Positions 56,041 to 64,000 of a stretch of 64,000 nt of DNA are shown in pieces. Where the stretch lies: positions 6,209-70,208 of the forward strand of contig JAHOYU010000110.1 of the NCBI GenBank assembly GCA_019038625.1, given 5' to 3'. Made by a program: the position numbers and the translations under genes. Within the stretch, counting starts at the first letter, position 1. Each line of letters begins with the position of its first letter. Below the pieces are notes generated by a model that saw only the letters and a list, made by a program, of their open reading frames with translations, did not search any database and had not been told where the DNA came from. This DNA is from Candidatus Latescibacterota bacterium. GTDB lineage: Bacteria; Krumholzibacteriota; Krumholzibacteriia; Krumholzibacteriales; Krumholzibacteriaceae.

Positions 56041-57627
56041 TTATTTCACCACTGCTATAAAGTTCTTCTCTATCGTTTTGGATTCTCCGGAATGTATCGT
56101 CAATAACATAAGATATGCACCGTTTCTTACGGTCTCACCGTCGTCGTTGAGCAAGTCCCACTCGATCTCGTAAGTCGAGGATATGGACCAGTCTCTGATC
56201 GTCCTGACCTTTTCGCCTCCGAGATCGTATATATCGATCCCGACTCCGCTGGCCGCAGACCCGGTCACTATCTGGAATATATCAGGGCCACGGAAGACCT
56301 CGGGATAGGATATCCCCGTCCCGACAGAGTATGTTACCTCAAGGATCTTCGAACTCCCGCTTTCATTGCCTGCTACATCTCTGGCGATGACCCAGATCCT
56401 GTTCTGTCCGATGCCCAGTTCTACAGTGGGGGGCATAAAATATATAATAGTCGTGTCGGAGGGCGTATTTTCGTATGAACTGAAAATGACCAGGCTGTCT
56501 ACGTCTTCATCAAACTCCAGTTCCAACTCTATCTGAGAAGTCAGTACCGTCCCCGGCCTGTTCAATATCAGGGGTGATGCCGGCGAAGTCCTGTCCAGAG
56601 TGAATGTGAGGGACAAATAACTGAGCTGATTGTAATTGTCACTGCATTTTACATTCAATGTATATTGATTCTCGAATCGCGACACAGTCCCGTTTACTGT
56701 GTCGGGGACATCGAATCTCCAGTAAAGGGTGTCTGCCTGGTACCATGAACTGTCCGGGGCCATGTAATCACTCTCGTAATAAACGTCTTCCGTGTCATTC
56801 TGTCCCCAGGCCAGTATAAGGGATCCGATTTGTATTCCAGCGGAGTCCCGGCAGTAACCTGTTATTTCGAGTGGTACGGTCCTGGTCTCAGCTTCGATCC
56901 CGGTAAGGATGATGATCTCGGGGGATTCTGTGTCTATCTCGACCGCGCCCGAAGCTGTGGCCTTATTTCCTGCTACATCTGTGATATCGATCCCAATCGA
57001 CTGGAGACCTGGAAGAGTGGAAACGGGCGGCAGCCATTCGTAAAGATATTCGCCGTCAGCTGTCACTTCGAGAGCAGTAGTCCACAAAGTTTCCTCTGGA
57101 TCGGTGATCGTTATAGATGTTGCCGAACCTGTCTCAAACGAGGAGACAGTATAATAGATCGATACGGTCGAGGAGTCCGTGGGGAATCCGGGAGAAAAGA
57201 CTCCCGGCTCGATCCTGTCAATATTCACCGAAGGCGGAGTAAGGTCGACAACTATCGTCCTCTGCTGGTACTCCCCAGTGCCTCCGCTGTATTCGTAGAG
57301 TCGCAACAGATACTCGCCCTCCGGCAGCAGTACGCCCTCATGGTCACGGCCGTCCCAGACGGCGGAATACTGTCCCGCAGCCAATCCAGTTTCCAGGTAG
57401 ACGGTATCCAGCACTTCCGTCATCGCCAGGTTCTCGATCGTGACCAGGAGGGTGTCGACCCCGCCTGCGAGTATCAGAGACGCGATCATTGAATCCTTCA
57501 CTCCGTCGTCGTTTGGTGATATCGAGGGAAAGTTGATGATCAGAGTTACCTGACCAGCTTCCGCCGGAGCAGAGAAAGCCGGGAGGATCAGGAACAGGAC
57601 CAGTATGTTTATAATCCACAGGCGCAA
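56041..57627 (-). CDS. Secreted Ig-like/FlgD-Ig-like repeat surface protein with a T9SS C-terminal sorting domain.
   Basis: It has a signal peptide and an N-terminal INFPSISPNDDGVKDS motif. The C-terminus (GIDIYDLGGEKVRTI...EWDLLNDDGETVRNGAYLMLLTIHSGESKTIEKNFIAVVK) is homologous to the other CTDs in the window. Confidence 0.65.
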   Translation of the reverse strand: MRLWIINILVLFLILPAFSAPAEAGQVTLIINFPSISPNDDGVKDSMIASLILAGGVDTLLVTIENLAMTEVLDTVYLETGLAAGQYSAVWDGRDHEGVLLPEGEYLLRLYEYSGGTGEYQQRTIVVDLTPPSVNIDRIEPGVFSPGFPTDSSTVSIYYTVSSFETGSATSITITDPEETLWTTALEVTADGEYLYEWLPPVSTLPGLQSIGIDITDVAGNKATASGAVEIDTESPEIIILTGIEAETRTVPLEITGYCRDSAGIQIGSLILAWGQNDTEDVYYESDYMAPDSSWYQADTLYWRFDVPDTVNGTVSRFENQYTLNVKCSDNYNQLSYLSLTFTLDRTSPASPLILNRPGTVLTSQIELELEFDEDVDSLVIFSSYENTPSDTTIIYFMPPTVELGIGQNRIWVIARDVAGNESGSSKILEVTYSVGTGISYPEVFRGPDIFQIVTGSAASGVGIDIYDLGGEKVRTIRDWSISSTYEIEWDLLNDDGETVRNGAYLMLLTIHSGESKTIEKNFIAVVK

Positions 57628-57957
57628 GAAACACTTCCCTTGGTTAAATCTTCAAACACCTCTGTATTATATGTGTCATCTTCCCGGCCAGTCAACATCT
57701 AAACTATGATCAGGACTCCGGTAATAAAACAAGTTGCAAGTTGCAGGAACCGTATTCCTGTGATAGGATCAAAGGGGTCCAATGTAAAATCTGTACGGAA
57801 AGAGAGTGTGATCTGCCGTTGTTCCGGTTCTGCCTGGAGGTGATCAGCAATTTCTTCGTCGAAGGGTAAGAAGGCCGGAAAGAAGAGTCAGAATTCTTCT
57901 CAGGATGGTATTTCATCAGCCCTTGCCGCCGGGTACCTGATTTTTCTTCTCATCCAT

Positions 57958-60114
57958 TTGATTCCCCTCATGTCGGCGAGCCAGACCTTATGGGGAATCG
58001 ATCAATGGAGATATATTCCTGCCCCGTTTCTGTTCATACTGATCGTCTTCGGGGTCCTTCCCCTGATTCCATCGGTTCGGAGTACTCTTGCAGGCATGGT
58101 GTCGAAAGCCGTCCGGCCTGAAAAGAGAGAAACGACCCTTCGGGGACGTGCGATCCCTGTCCTCCTGGCAATTGTTTCCGTTGCTCTGATCTTCTGGTTG
58201 TTCCGGCAGAAGACTCATTTCCTCGGCGATGGTTATCTCTGGATAAAGTTTCTCGAGTCCGGAGATTTCAGCAGGTATTGGGATCTGACAGCTCTTTGCC
58301 TGATATATAATGGTATTCACCGTTTTCTCAACATCATATATCCCTTCGGCGATGTTGGTATGCCAGTTGTCGCCACAGGGATCAGTATCTCCTCCGGCCT
58401 GATCTTCCTGATATTCGCCTGGAAGAGCGCCAGGGTTCTTTTCACATCGATCAACAAAACTCTCTTTATCTTTCTGGCTGTCCTGTCGTCTGGTTCGATC
58501 ATGCTCTTTTTCGGATATATCGAAGCCTATCCTCCGGTAGCGCTGGCCGCGATGATATATATTTATTATGGTCTTCTCTTTCTTCGCGGGCGTACCAGTC
58601 TGCTAGCCCCTGCTGCGGCCCTCCTGCTCGCCCTCCTGCTGCATCCCTCGATGGCCGCTCTTTTTCCCGGCCTTTTGATCCTGTGCTATCTGAATAGGGG
58701 GAAAAGACCCGGCTGGAGAAGATATTTCCTGGTCCTCACAACGTCGGCAGCCGGGTGTTTTATCCTACTCTACATATTCCAGCAGTCAGGTATTTTCCCG
58801 GGTTTTTTCAACGAGAGTTTTTTGCCTCTTTTCGATGGGAGTCATCTCAACAGGGTCCCATACCCGGTTCTGTCAAAGGGAAGTGCGGCCGACCTTCTGG
58901 GCGAGATCTTGCTGGTCTGCCCGGTCGTCGTTCTTGTGTCTGCCGTATTTTTCCGGAAGGGGAAGATGGAGGAAAAGGGTAGATCTGGCAGGAAGGGCAA
59001 ATCGGGCGCAGAGGATCGATCAGGCACTGATGGACCGTCTGCCGAGATCCTGTTTCTATTGACTGTTTCGGTATTTTTTGTACTCGAGTTCATGGTGACA
59101 AATAAATTGATCGGGGCAAGCAGGGACTGGGATATTTTTGCCTCGATGGCCCTGCCGATGTCGATGATGACTGCATTGCTTCTTCTTCATTATTTCAGAG
59201 ACAGAGTTGCCGAGCTTATCGTCTTCACATTCTTCATCATGATCCTTCATACAGCAACCTGGATAGGTATCAACGCCTCGGAAGAGGCCTCCCTCGACCG
59301 TTTTTCAGATCTGATCGAAAACTACAGCTGGAGCGATTACGCACGGGGCTACGCGAACGACGAGCTGGCCACCTTTTATCTCGACAGGGGAGATGAATCG
59401 CGGGCGCTGGATTTTTCGAGAAAGTCGATAAAGGCCGATCCTGGGAATATCAGGTATCTGTATAACGCAGCGACAAGACATATGATCTGCAACAGGCATG
59501 ATGAGACGATCAGGCTCTACAGGAGAGTCCTGGAGAAGAATCCCGATTATCTGGAAGCAAGGCTCAATCTCGGTACTCTTTTCTTCAACCTGGACAGGCT
59601 GGATGAGGCAGGTAGCGAGTTTTTGGATGCGATCCGGCTGGATTCGACATCGGCGATCGGACACGAGAAACTTGCGCATATCTGCCTTCGAAAGGGTATT
59701 TTTGGCCGTGCTGTGGGTCATTTCGAGAAATACCTGTCGATCGAACCTGAAGATGTCGATGTACGTTTCGAGTTGGCGATGCTTCTCGACCGTCTCGACG
59801 ATTCCGATGGGGCGCTTCGGCAGCTAAACCGGGTCCTTCAATTGCGCAGGGATGACGTCAGTGTCATGAACAACATCGGGGTCATCCACTGCAAGAGGAG
59901 AGAGTACTCCGACGCTGTCCTGATCTTCGACAAGGCGCTTCAGCTCAACCCCGACCAACCATCGATCCACGGGAACCTCGCCAGGGTCCATTATCTTGAG
60001 GGCTATTATGAGATGGCATGGGAACATGTCTTTAAGGCGGAAAGGCTCGGCGGAGTCGTTCCGCCCGACCTTCTCTCCAGTCTTGAGGCAGTTATGGATC
60101 GTCCTGCAAACTGA
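57958..60114 (+). CDS. Polytopic membrane protein with C-terminal TPR repeats, a paralogous architecture to the 50513 and 61911 genes.
   Basis: The N-terminal roughly 420 aa have about 12 TM helices. The C-terminal roughly 280 aa have about 7 TPR repeats (DPGNIRYLYNAATRHM..., NPDYLEARLNLGTLFF...). Confidence 0.6.
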   Translation: MIPLMSASQTLWGIDQWRYIPAPFLFILIVFGVLPLIPSVRSTLAGMVSKAVRPEKRETTLRGRAIPVLLAIVSVALIFWLFRQKTHFLGDGYLWIKFLESGDFSRYWDLTALCLIYNGIHRFLNIIYPFGDVGMPVVATGISISSGLIFLIFAWKSARVLFTSINKTLFIFLAVLSSGSIMLFFGYIEAYPPVALAAMIYIYYGLLFLRGRTSLLAPAAALLLALLLHPSMAALFPGLLILCYLNRGKRPGWRRYFLVLTTSAAGCFILLYIFQQSGIFPGFFNESFLPLFDGSHLNRVPYPVLSKGSAADLLGEILLVCPVVVLVSAVFFRKGKMEEKGRSGRKGKSGAEDRSGTDGPSAEILFLLTVSVFFVLEFMVTNKLIGASRDWDIFASMALPMSMMTALLLLHYFRDRVAELIVFTFFIMILHTATWIGINASEEASLDRFSDLIENYSWSDYARGYANDELATFYLDRGDESRALDFSRKSIKADPGNIRYLYNAATRHMICNRHDETIRLYRRVLEKNPDYLEARLNLGTLFFNLDRLDEAGSEFLDAIRLDSTSAIGHEKLAHICLRKGIFGRAVGHFEKYLSIEPEDVDVRFELAMLLDRLDDSDGALRQLNRVLQLRRDDVSVMNNIGVIHCKRREYSDAVLIFDKALQLNPDQPSIHGNLARVHYLEGYYEMAWEHVFKAERLGGVVPPDLLSSLEAVMDRPAN

Positions 60115-60242
60115 CAATGACCGTTAAGTTTTTCCCTTACAACTCTCTTCTTGCTTGAGGTGGGGGCATGTCTTATAGTGCATCCGGTTGTCAGATCTGG
60201 ATCATTTGTGGTCCAGAACTTTTGGGTTGACCGAATTGGAGG

Positions 60243-61910
60243 TTGAACTTGGCTCTGGATATGACGTTCCAGATCGTTGGAGGGTTGGGTTTCTTTCTTT
60301 TTGGCATCAAGGTCATGTCGGAGGGACTCAGAAGGGTCTCGAGTGACAAGCTCAAGAACATCCTGAATCTACTTACCCGTAACCGGATACTGGCCCTTTT
60401 TGTAGGGACTGGCGTCACGGCCCTTATCCAGAGCAGCAGTGCGATGACAGTCATGGTCGTGGGATTCGCTAACGCTGGCCTTCTTACTCTCAAACAAGCT
60501 ATCCCGGTAGTACTGGGAGCGAATATTGGAACCACCTTTACAGCCTGGCTGGTCAGTTTCCTGGCTGTCTTCAAGATAACTCACTATGCTCTCCCCGCAG
60601 TGGGCCTCGGTTTCTTCATGATGCTGATGGAGAAAAAGCCCGGCGTAAAACAATGGGGCGAGGTCCTTTTCGGGTTCGGCGTATTGTTTGTCGGAATCGG
60701 GTTCATGAAGGATGCCTTCGAACCACTTGAGAGCAGCCAGCATGTGATGGACGTCATGGTCAATTTCAGCAAGTATCCGATTCTCGGAGTCCTGGTGGGA
60801 ACTGTGATAACGATGATCCTCCAGAGTAGCTCCGCAACGATCGCCCTCGTTCAGCTCCTTGCTTTCAAGGGGCTTATAGATTTCCCATCGACTATTCCCA
60901 TCATCCTCGGGGACAACATCGGGACGACGATTACCGCCCAGATAGCGACAATAGGAGGGACTACCGCTGCCAAGCGGGTAGCCTGGGCTCACACGCTTTT
61001 CAATGTCTTCGGAACATTATATATGCTGGTATTCCTCTATCTGAGACTATACGGCCGTTTTATCGAGAATCTCGTGCCGGGGCCGCTCACCAGTAGTAAT
61101 GTCATGCTTCACATAGCCCTTTCCCATTCAATATTCAATGTGTTCAACGCGGTACTATTCCTTCCCTTTGTCGTCTGGCTCCAGAAGGTGGTCGAGAAAC
61201 TGGTCAAACCGAAAGGTGATGTCGTCAGCGTTGAACCTCAGTTCCTTGAAAAGAATCTACTGGAGACTCCCGTGCTGGCTCTCCAGCAGGGCAGAAGAGA
61301 GATAATCAGGATGCTCTCGCTCGCGCGTTCGGCCTTCAAGAATGCTTATGAGATGTTTGTGGACGGAAAGATGGAACTTGGCAAAAAGGTGAACAGGAGG
61401 GAAGAAGCAGTAGACAATCTCCAGGCGGAGATCACTCGTTACCTCATCAGTATCTCGATGGAGAACCTCGAACAGGAGGAAGCGGAAAAGATTCCCGTGT
61501 TCATCCACTCGGTGAACGATATTGAGCGTATTGCGGATCATGCGGAGAATGTCGCGGAGCTTGCTCAAAGAAAATTCGAGCAGAAACTTCAGTTGACTGA
61601 TAAGGCCAGCAGCGAACTGGAAAAGATGGTCGAACTCACGATGGGAATGCTCGATGATGTGGCAAAGGGCCTCGAAACCAACGACATGAAATATGCCAAG
61701 AGAGCTCTTAAGAAGGAAGACCAGATCAACCACCTGCAGGTCAATTACAGGAACAGCCATGTCAAAAGGCTCAATGAGGGCAGCTGTGATATATATGCCG
61801 GACTGATCTTCCTCGACTGCGTAGATTACATGGAGAAGATCGGTGATCATCTGGCCAACATAGCCCAGGGGCTGCTCGGAGGATTCCGCTGGGATGATCA
61901 ACGGGGATGA
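60243..61910 (+). CDS. Na+/phosphate cotransporter (type II Na/Pi cotransporter-related, with a PhoU-like C-terminal domain).
   Basis: It has two Na/Pi cotransporter repeats (QSSSAMTVMVVGFANAGLL... and LQSSSATIALVQLLA...). The C-terminus is a PhoU-like helical domain. The start is TTG at 60243 or ATG at 60261. Confidence 0.85.
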   Translation: MNLALDMTFQIVGGLGFFLFGIKVMSEGLRRVSSDKLKNILNLLTRNRILALFVGTGVTALIQSSSAMTVMVVGFANAGLLTLKQAIPVVLGANIGTTFTAWLVSFLAVFKITHYALPAVGLGFFMMLMEKKPGVKQWGEVLFGFGVLFVGIGFMKDAFEPLESSQHVMDVMVNFSKYPILGVLVGTVITMILQSSSATIALVQLLAFKGLIDFPSTIPIILGDNIGTTITAQIATIGGTTAAKRVAWAHTLFNVFGTLYMLVFLYLRLYGRFIENLVPGPLTSSNVMLHIALSHSIFNVFNAVLFLPFVVWLQKVVEKLVKPKGDVVSVEPQFLEKNLLETPVLALQQGRREIIRMLSLARSAFKNAYEMFVDGKMELGKKVNRREEAVDNLQAEITRYLISISMENLEQEEAEKIPVFIHSVNDIERIADHAENVAELAQRKFEQKLQLTDKASSELEKMVELTMGMLDDVAKGLETNDMKYAKRALKKEDQINHLQVNYRNSHVKRLNEGSCDIYAGLIFLDCVDYMEKIGDHLANIAQGLLGGFRWDDQRG

Positions 61911-64000
61911 TCAGGGTAGACTTTCGGTAGTCGATTTTTTCTCTGCCTGAAACTTTTCCCATACCCTGTCCAGTATATCCTGGGGCGCCGGAGCATTTGG
62001 GTTCAGTTCCACACTTCTGACAAGATGTCTGTATGCGTCTTCATAGTTCCCGCGGGCTTCCTGGACGATTCCCATATTGAAGTGCAGTTTCGGGGACATA
62101 TCGTTGTCGCGGAGAGCTCCGTCCAGGATTGTCCACGCTTCCTCGAAATCTCCCTCGTCCATAAAGACATTCGCAAGGTTGTTCTTTGCGACCCAGTTGC
62201 GCGGCAGCATACTGAGAACTCTGTAATAGTTCTGTTTCGCCTCTTCGAACATCTTGTCCTGATGGAATTTGGCTCCCTGATTCAGGATTGCCGACGCAAG
62301 GCTCCTGATGTTCTGTTCCCTTCGGGGTTCGAGTGAAAGAACCTTGTTGTAGGCGGTTATCGCCACACCGAATTCTCCCGCCCTGTTCGCGGCGAAACCG
62401 AGCCTGTTCCAGTAATGGATGCTGGAAGAATCGTAAGAGGTGAGAATATTGAATTCGTTTATTGCGTCGCTGAACCACCTTTTCTCTATGTAGGCTTCGC
62501 CCAGCTCTTCTCTGTAGCTCACGTTTTCCGGTTCGATCCTGAGAGATCTGATGAAATACGAGATCGCGTCGACGTAATCTTCGTTTTTCATATCTGCTTT
62601 CCCAAGGTAGAACCATGTGACCGCGTCATCCCCAGCTTTTTCCACCGATGTTTCCAGCCAGGTCGCGGCTGCCTCGTAGTCTTCCTTTTCGTACGCCCTG
62701 ATCCCGGTGATCTTTTCGGCCTGTCCGGGAGCGAGAGGAAGGGAGGCGAGGCGGGCTACCCCTCTGTCCTGAGAGCTGGATACGATTACAAGCGCTGCAG
62801 AATGAATCGATCCCAGGACCACGAGTAACAGGATCGACGAGGCGAATATTTTTATCGTTGCCGAACGCCTGTGGATACTGAAAAGAGCCAGAACGGTGAA
62901 AGCAGGCCCCGTTACTGCTATCGCGTCCCACCCGAGGCCGCTCTCGATCCTGTGAGAAAGGATAAGGATCATTACCAGGGCAGAGATGACGAGAGCAGAA
63001 AGAAATCTTTCGACAGTCTCTGTTTCCCTTTTTCCCTTATTCTTTTTCAGTCCAGGGACGAAAACTATCAGCGAAGCGATACTCGCGGGACCTATGAGGA
63101 GCAGGGCGTTGCCCCAGTCCCCAAACATTCTTCCGGTCGTGCCGGTCGAGATCGAGGCCACCGCACTGGAACATGAGGACAAGATGAACCGCATCGGGGA
63201 GATGCCACCTGGAATCGTCCGTATAATGATCTCGATGGCTACTGCCGACAGGACAAGTATAATTGCAGAGACAAGGGCCTCTTTACGGCTTGAACTTCTT
63301 CGAAAGGCGATTATCATCAATGCCGCGAGTCCGACCACAAGATAGGCAGCCGATAGATGAGAGGCTACCGCAAGGATGAATAGCGAGACAGGGATGAACA
63401 GAGTCGATCTGCCCTCTATGAACCGTATTGAAGTTATAATAAAAAGAGTAGAAAATATAATGGCTGGCGGGATCAGGCCGCTTCCTCCGAAAAAGACGAC
63501 GATAAAACCACTCGAGATCACAAATAGTGTAGACAGGATCATTGTTCGCTCAGGTGTCAGCCGGGCCGGGTCATTTTCTCCATCGATCGGAGATCCATTG
63601 ATATTGTCGGTGTCATTGGGCCCCCTCCCTTTCGTCATCGCGAGAGCGGCAGCTTTCGCGCACGGGATGAATAAAAGCCCCGACAGGATACTGACGAGGC
63701 CGGTCACCATTCGAGGAGTCCAGAAGAACAGGGGGTTGAACAGTCTGAAGACGGCTTGATTAACAGCTGTGGCCAATGGGGCCCCCGGGCTCACCCACCT
63801 GCCGCTTCCGACGAGAGCCGCAGCCTCATTCAGTTCCCCCCACAAAAGGTGACCCTGCCTCAGGAGGAATATCGATCCGAATATCGCCAGATAGAATATA
63901 ATCCGGGCCCATAGAGGATGTTTTTTTTCAGTGGTGAACAGTCTCAGTACCCTGTTCCGCGTTCCGGGGATCAGAAGAAGTAGAGAGAGGCCGATAATGA
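61911..64000 (-). CDS. Polytopic membrane protein with C-terminal TPR repeats (GT-C/DUF2723-like); its 5' end extends beyond the window.
   Basis: The reading frame stays open on the minus strand from 61911 to the window end. A multi-TM N-terminal region is followed by TPR repeats, with C-terminus ...VWEKFQAEKKSTTESLP. The TTG at 63845 reported in the ORF track is internal. Confidence 0.6.
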   Translation of the reverse strand, partial: IIGLSLLLLIPGTRNRVLRLFTTEKKHPLWARIIFYLAIFGSIFLLRQGHLLWGELNEAAALVGSGRWVSPGAPLATAVNQAVFRLFNPLFFWTPRMVTGLVSILSGLLFIPCAKAAALAMTKGRGPNDTDNINGSPIDGENDPARLTPERTMILSTLFVISSGFIVVFFGGSGLIPPAIIFSTLFIITSIRFIEGRSTLFIPVSLFILAVASHLSAAYLVVGLAALMIIAFRRSSSRKEALVSAIILVLSAVAIEIIIRTIPGGISPMRFILSSCSSAVASISTGTTGRMFGDWGNALLLIGPASIASLIVFVPGLKKNKGKRETETVERFLSALVISALVMILILSHRIESGLGWDAIAVTGPAFTVLALFSIHRRSATIKIFASSILLLVVLGSIHSAALVIVSSSQDRGVARLASLPLAPGQAEKITGIRAYEKEDYEAAATWLETSVEKAGDDAVTWFYLGKADMKNEDYVDAISYFIRSLRIEPENVSYREELGEAYIEKRWFSDAINEFNILTSYDSSSIHYWNRLGFAANRAGEFGVAITAYNKVLSLEPRREQNIRSLASAILNQGAKFHQDKMFEEAKQNYYRVLSMLPRNWVAKNNLANVFMDEGDFEEAWTILDGALRDNDMSPKLHFNMGIVQEARGNYEDAYRHLVRSVELNPNAPAPQDILDRVWEKFQAEKKSTTESLP

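Noticed and set aside
60369-60992. A 207-aa minus-strand ORF within the Na/Pi cotransporter gene.
   Set aside because: It is a shadow ORF opposite a clearly recognisable transporter.
1-64000. A search for CRISPR arrays, IS elements, integrases, or phage or toxin-antitoxin genes.
   Set aside because: No direct-repeat or spacer periodicity, transposase-like ORFs or integrase motifs were seen. The only DNA-level repeat is the tandem paralog pair at 5597-6815.

Overview
This 64 kb window looks like chromosomal DNA (~50% GC) from a T9SS-bearing bacterium, likely FCB-group or a candidate phylum. Gene density is high and most genes are ATG- or TTG-initiated. There is one tRNA-Asp and no CRISPR array, rRNA or obvious mobile element.

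Six large secreted proteins carry a type-A T9SS C-terminal sorting domain (CTD). Two are gingipain-like C25 peptidases (one 5'-truncated at the window edge), one is an M28 peptidase with a BNR propeller, one is an M1 aminopeptidase, one is a beta-propeller repeat protein, and one is an Ig-like surface protein. The Ig-like protein sits next to a candidate outer-membrane beta-barrel.

Between the two C25 peptidases lies an accessory-looking islet. It holds a Cys-rich secreted protein with a dockerin-like C-terminal module. It also holds a tandem array of three paralogous small secreted proteins that end in a conserved ...(D/E)ASWGA(I/V)KS(L/M)... tail. Two of the three share about 85% nucleotide identity. 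I do not recognise this family.

Housekeeping genes present:
- SpoIID-like protein and NagZ (cell-wall recycling)
- an RRM/glycine-rich RNA-binding protein
- a C69 dipeptidase
- an MFS transporter
- a phosphofructokinase with PPi-type signatures
- RlmD-like methyltransferase
- a TldD/PmbA pair
- a Crp/Fnr (HcpR-like) regulator divergent from hcp, with a TTGAC-N4-GTCAA operator
- the lepA-hemW pair
- a Na/Pi cotransporter

A polysaccharide/glycosylation cluster contains a GT4 glycosyltransferase, a DegT aminotransferase, a second glycosyltransferase, Wzz-like and O-antigen-ligase-like genes, and three polytopic membrane proteins with TPR tails.

The most notable single-gene observation is a TlpA/redoxin-family lipoprotein whose reading frame is interrupted by one in-frame TGA. 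That TGA falls exactly at the first Cys of the CxxC redox motif, giving U-P-P-C, and a small SECIS-like hairpin follows 10 nt downstream. This is a strong selenoprotein candidate that ORF callers split in two.

Three thioredoxin-fold proteins occur within 12 kb, including one fused to a TolB-propeller/S9 peptidase.
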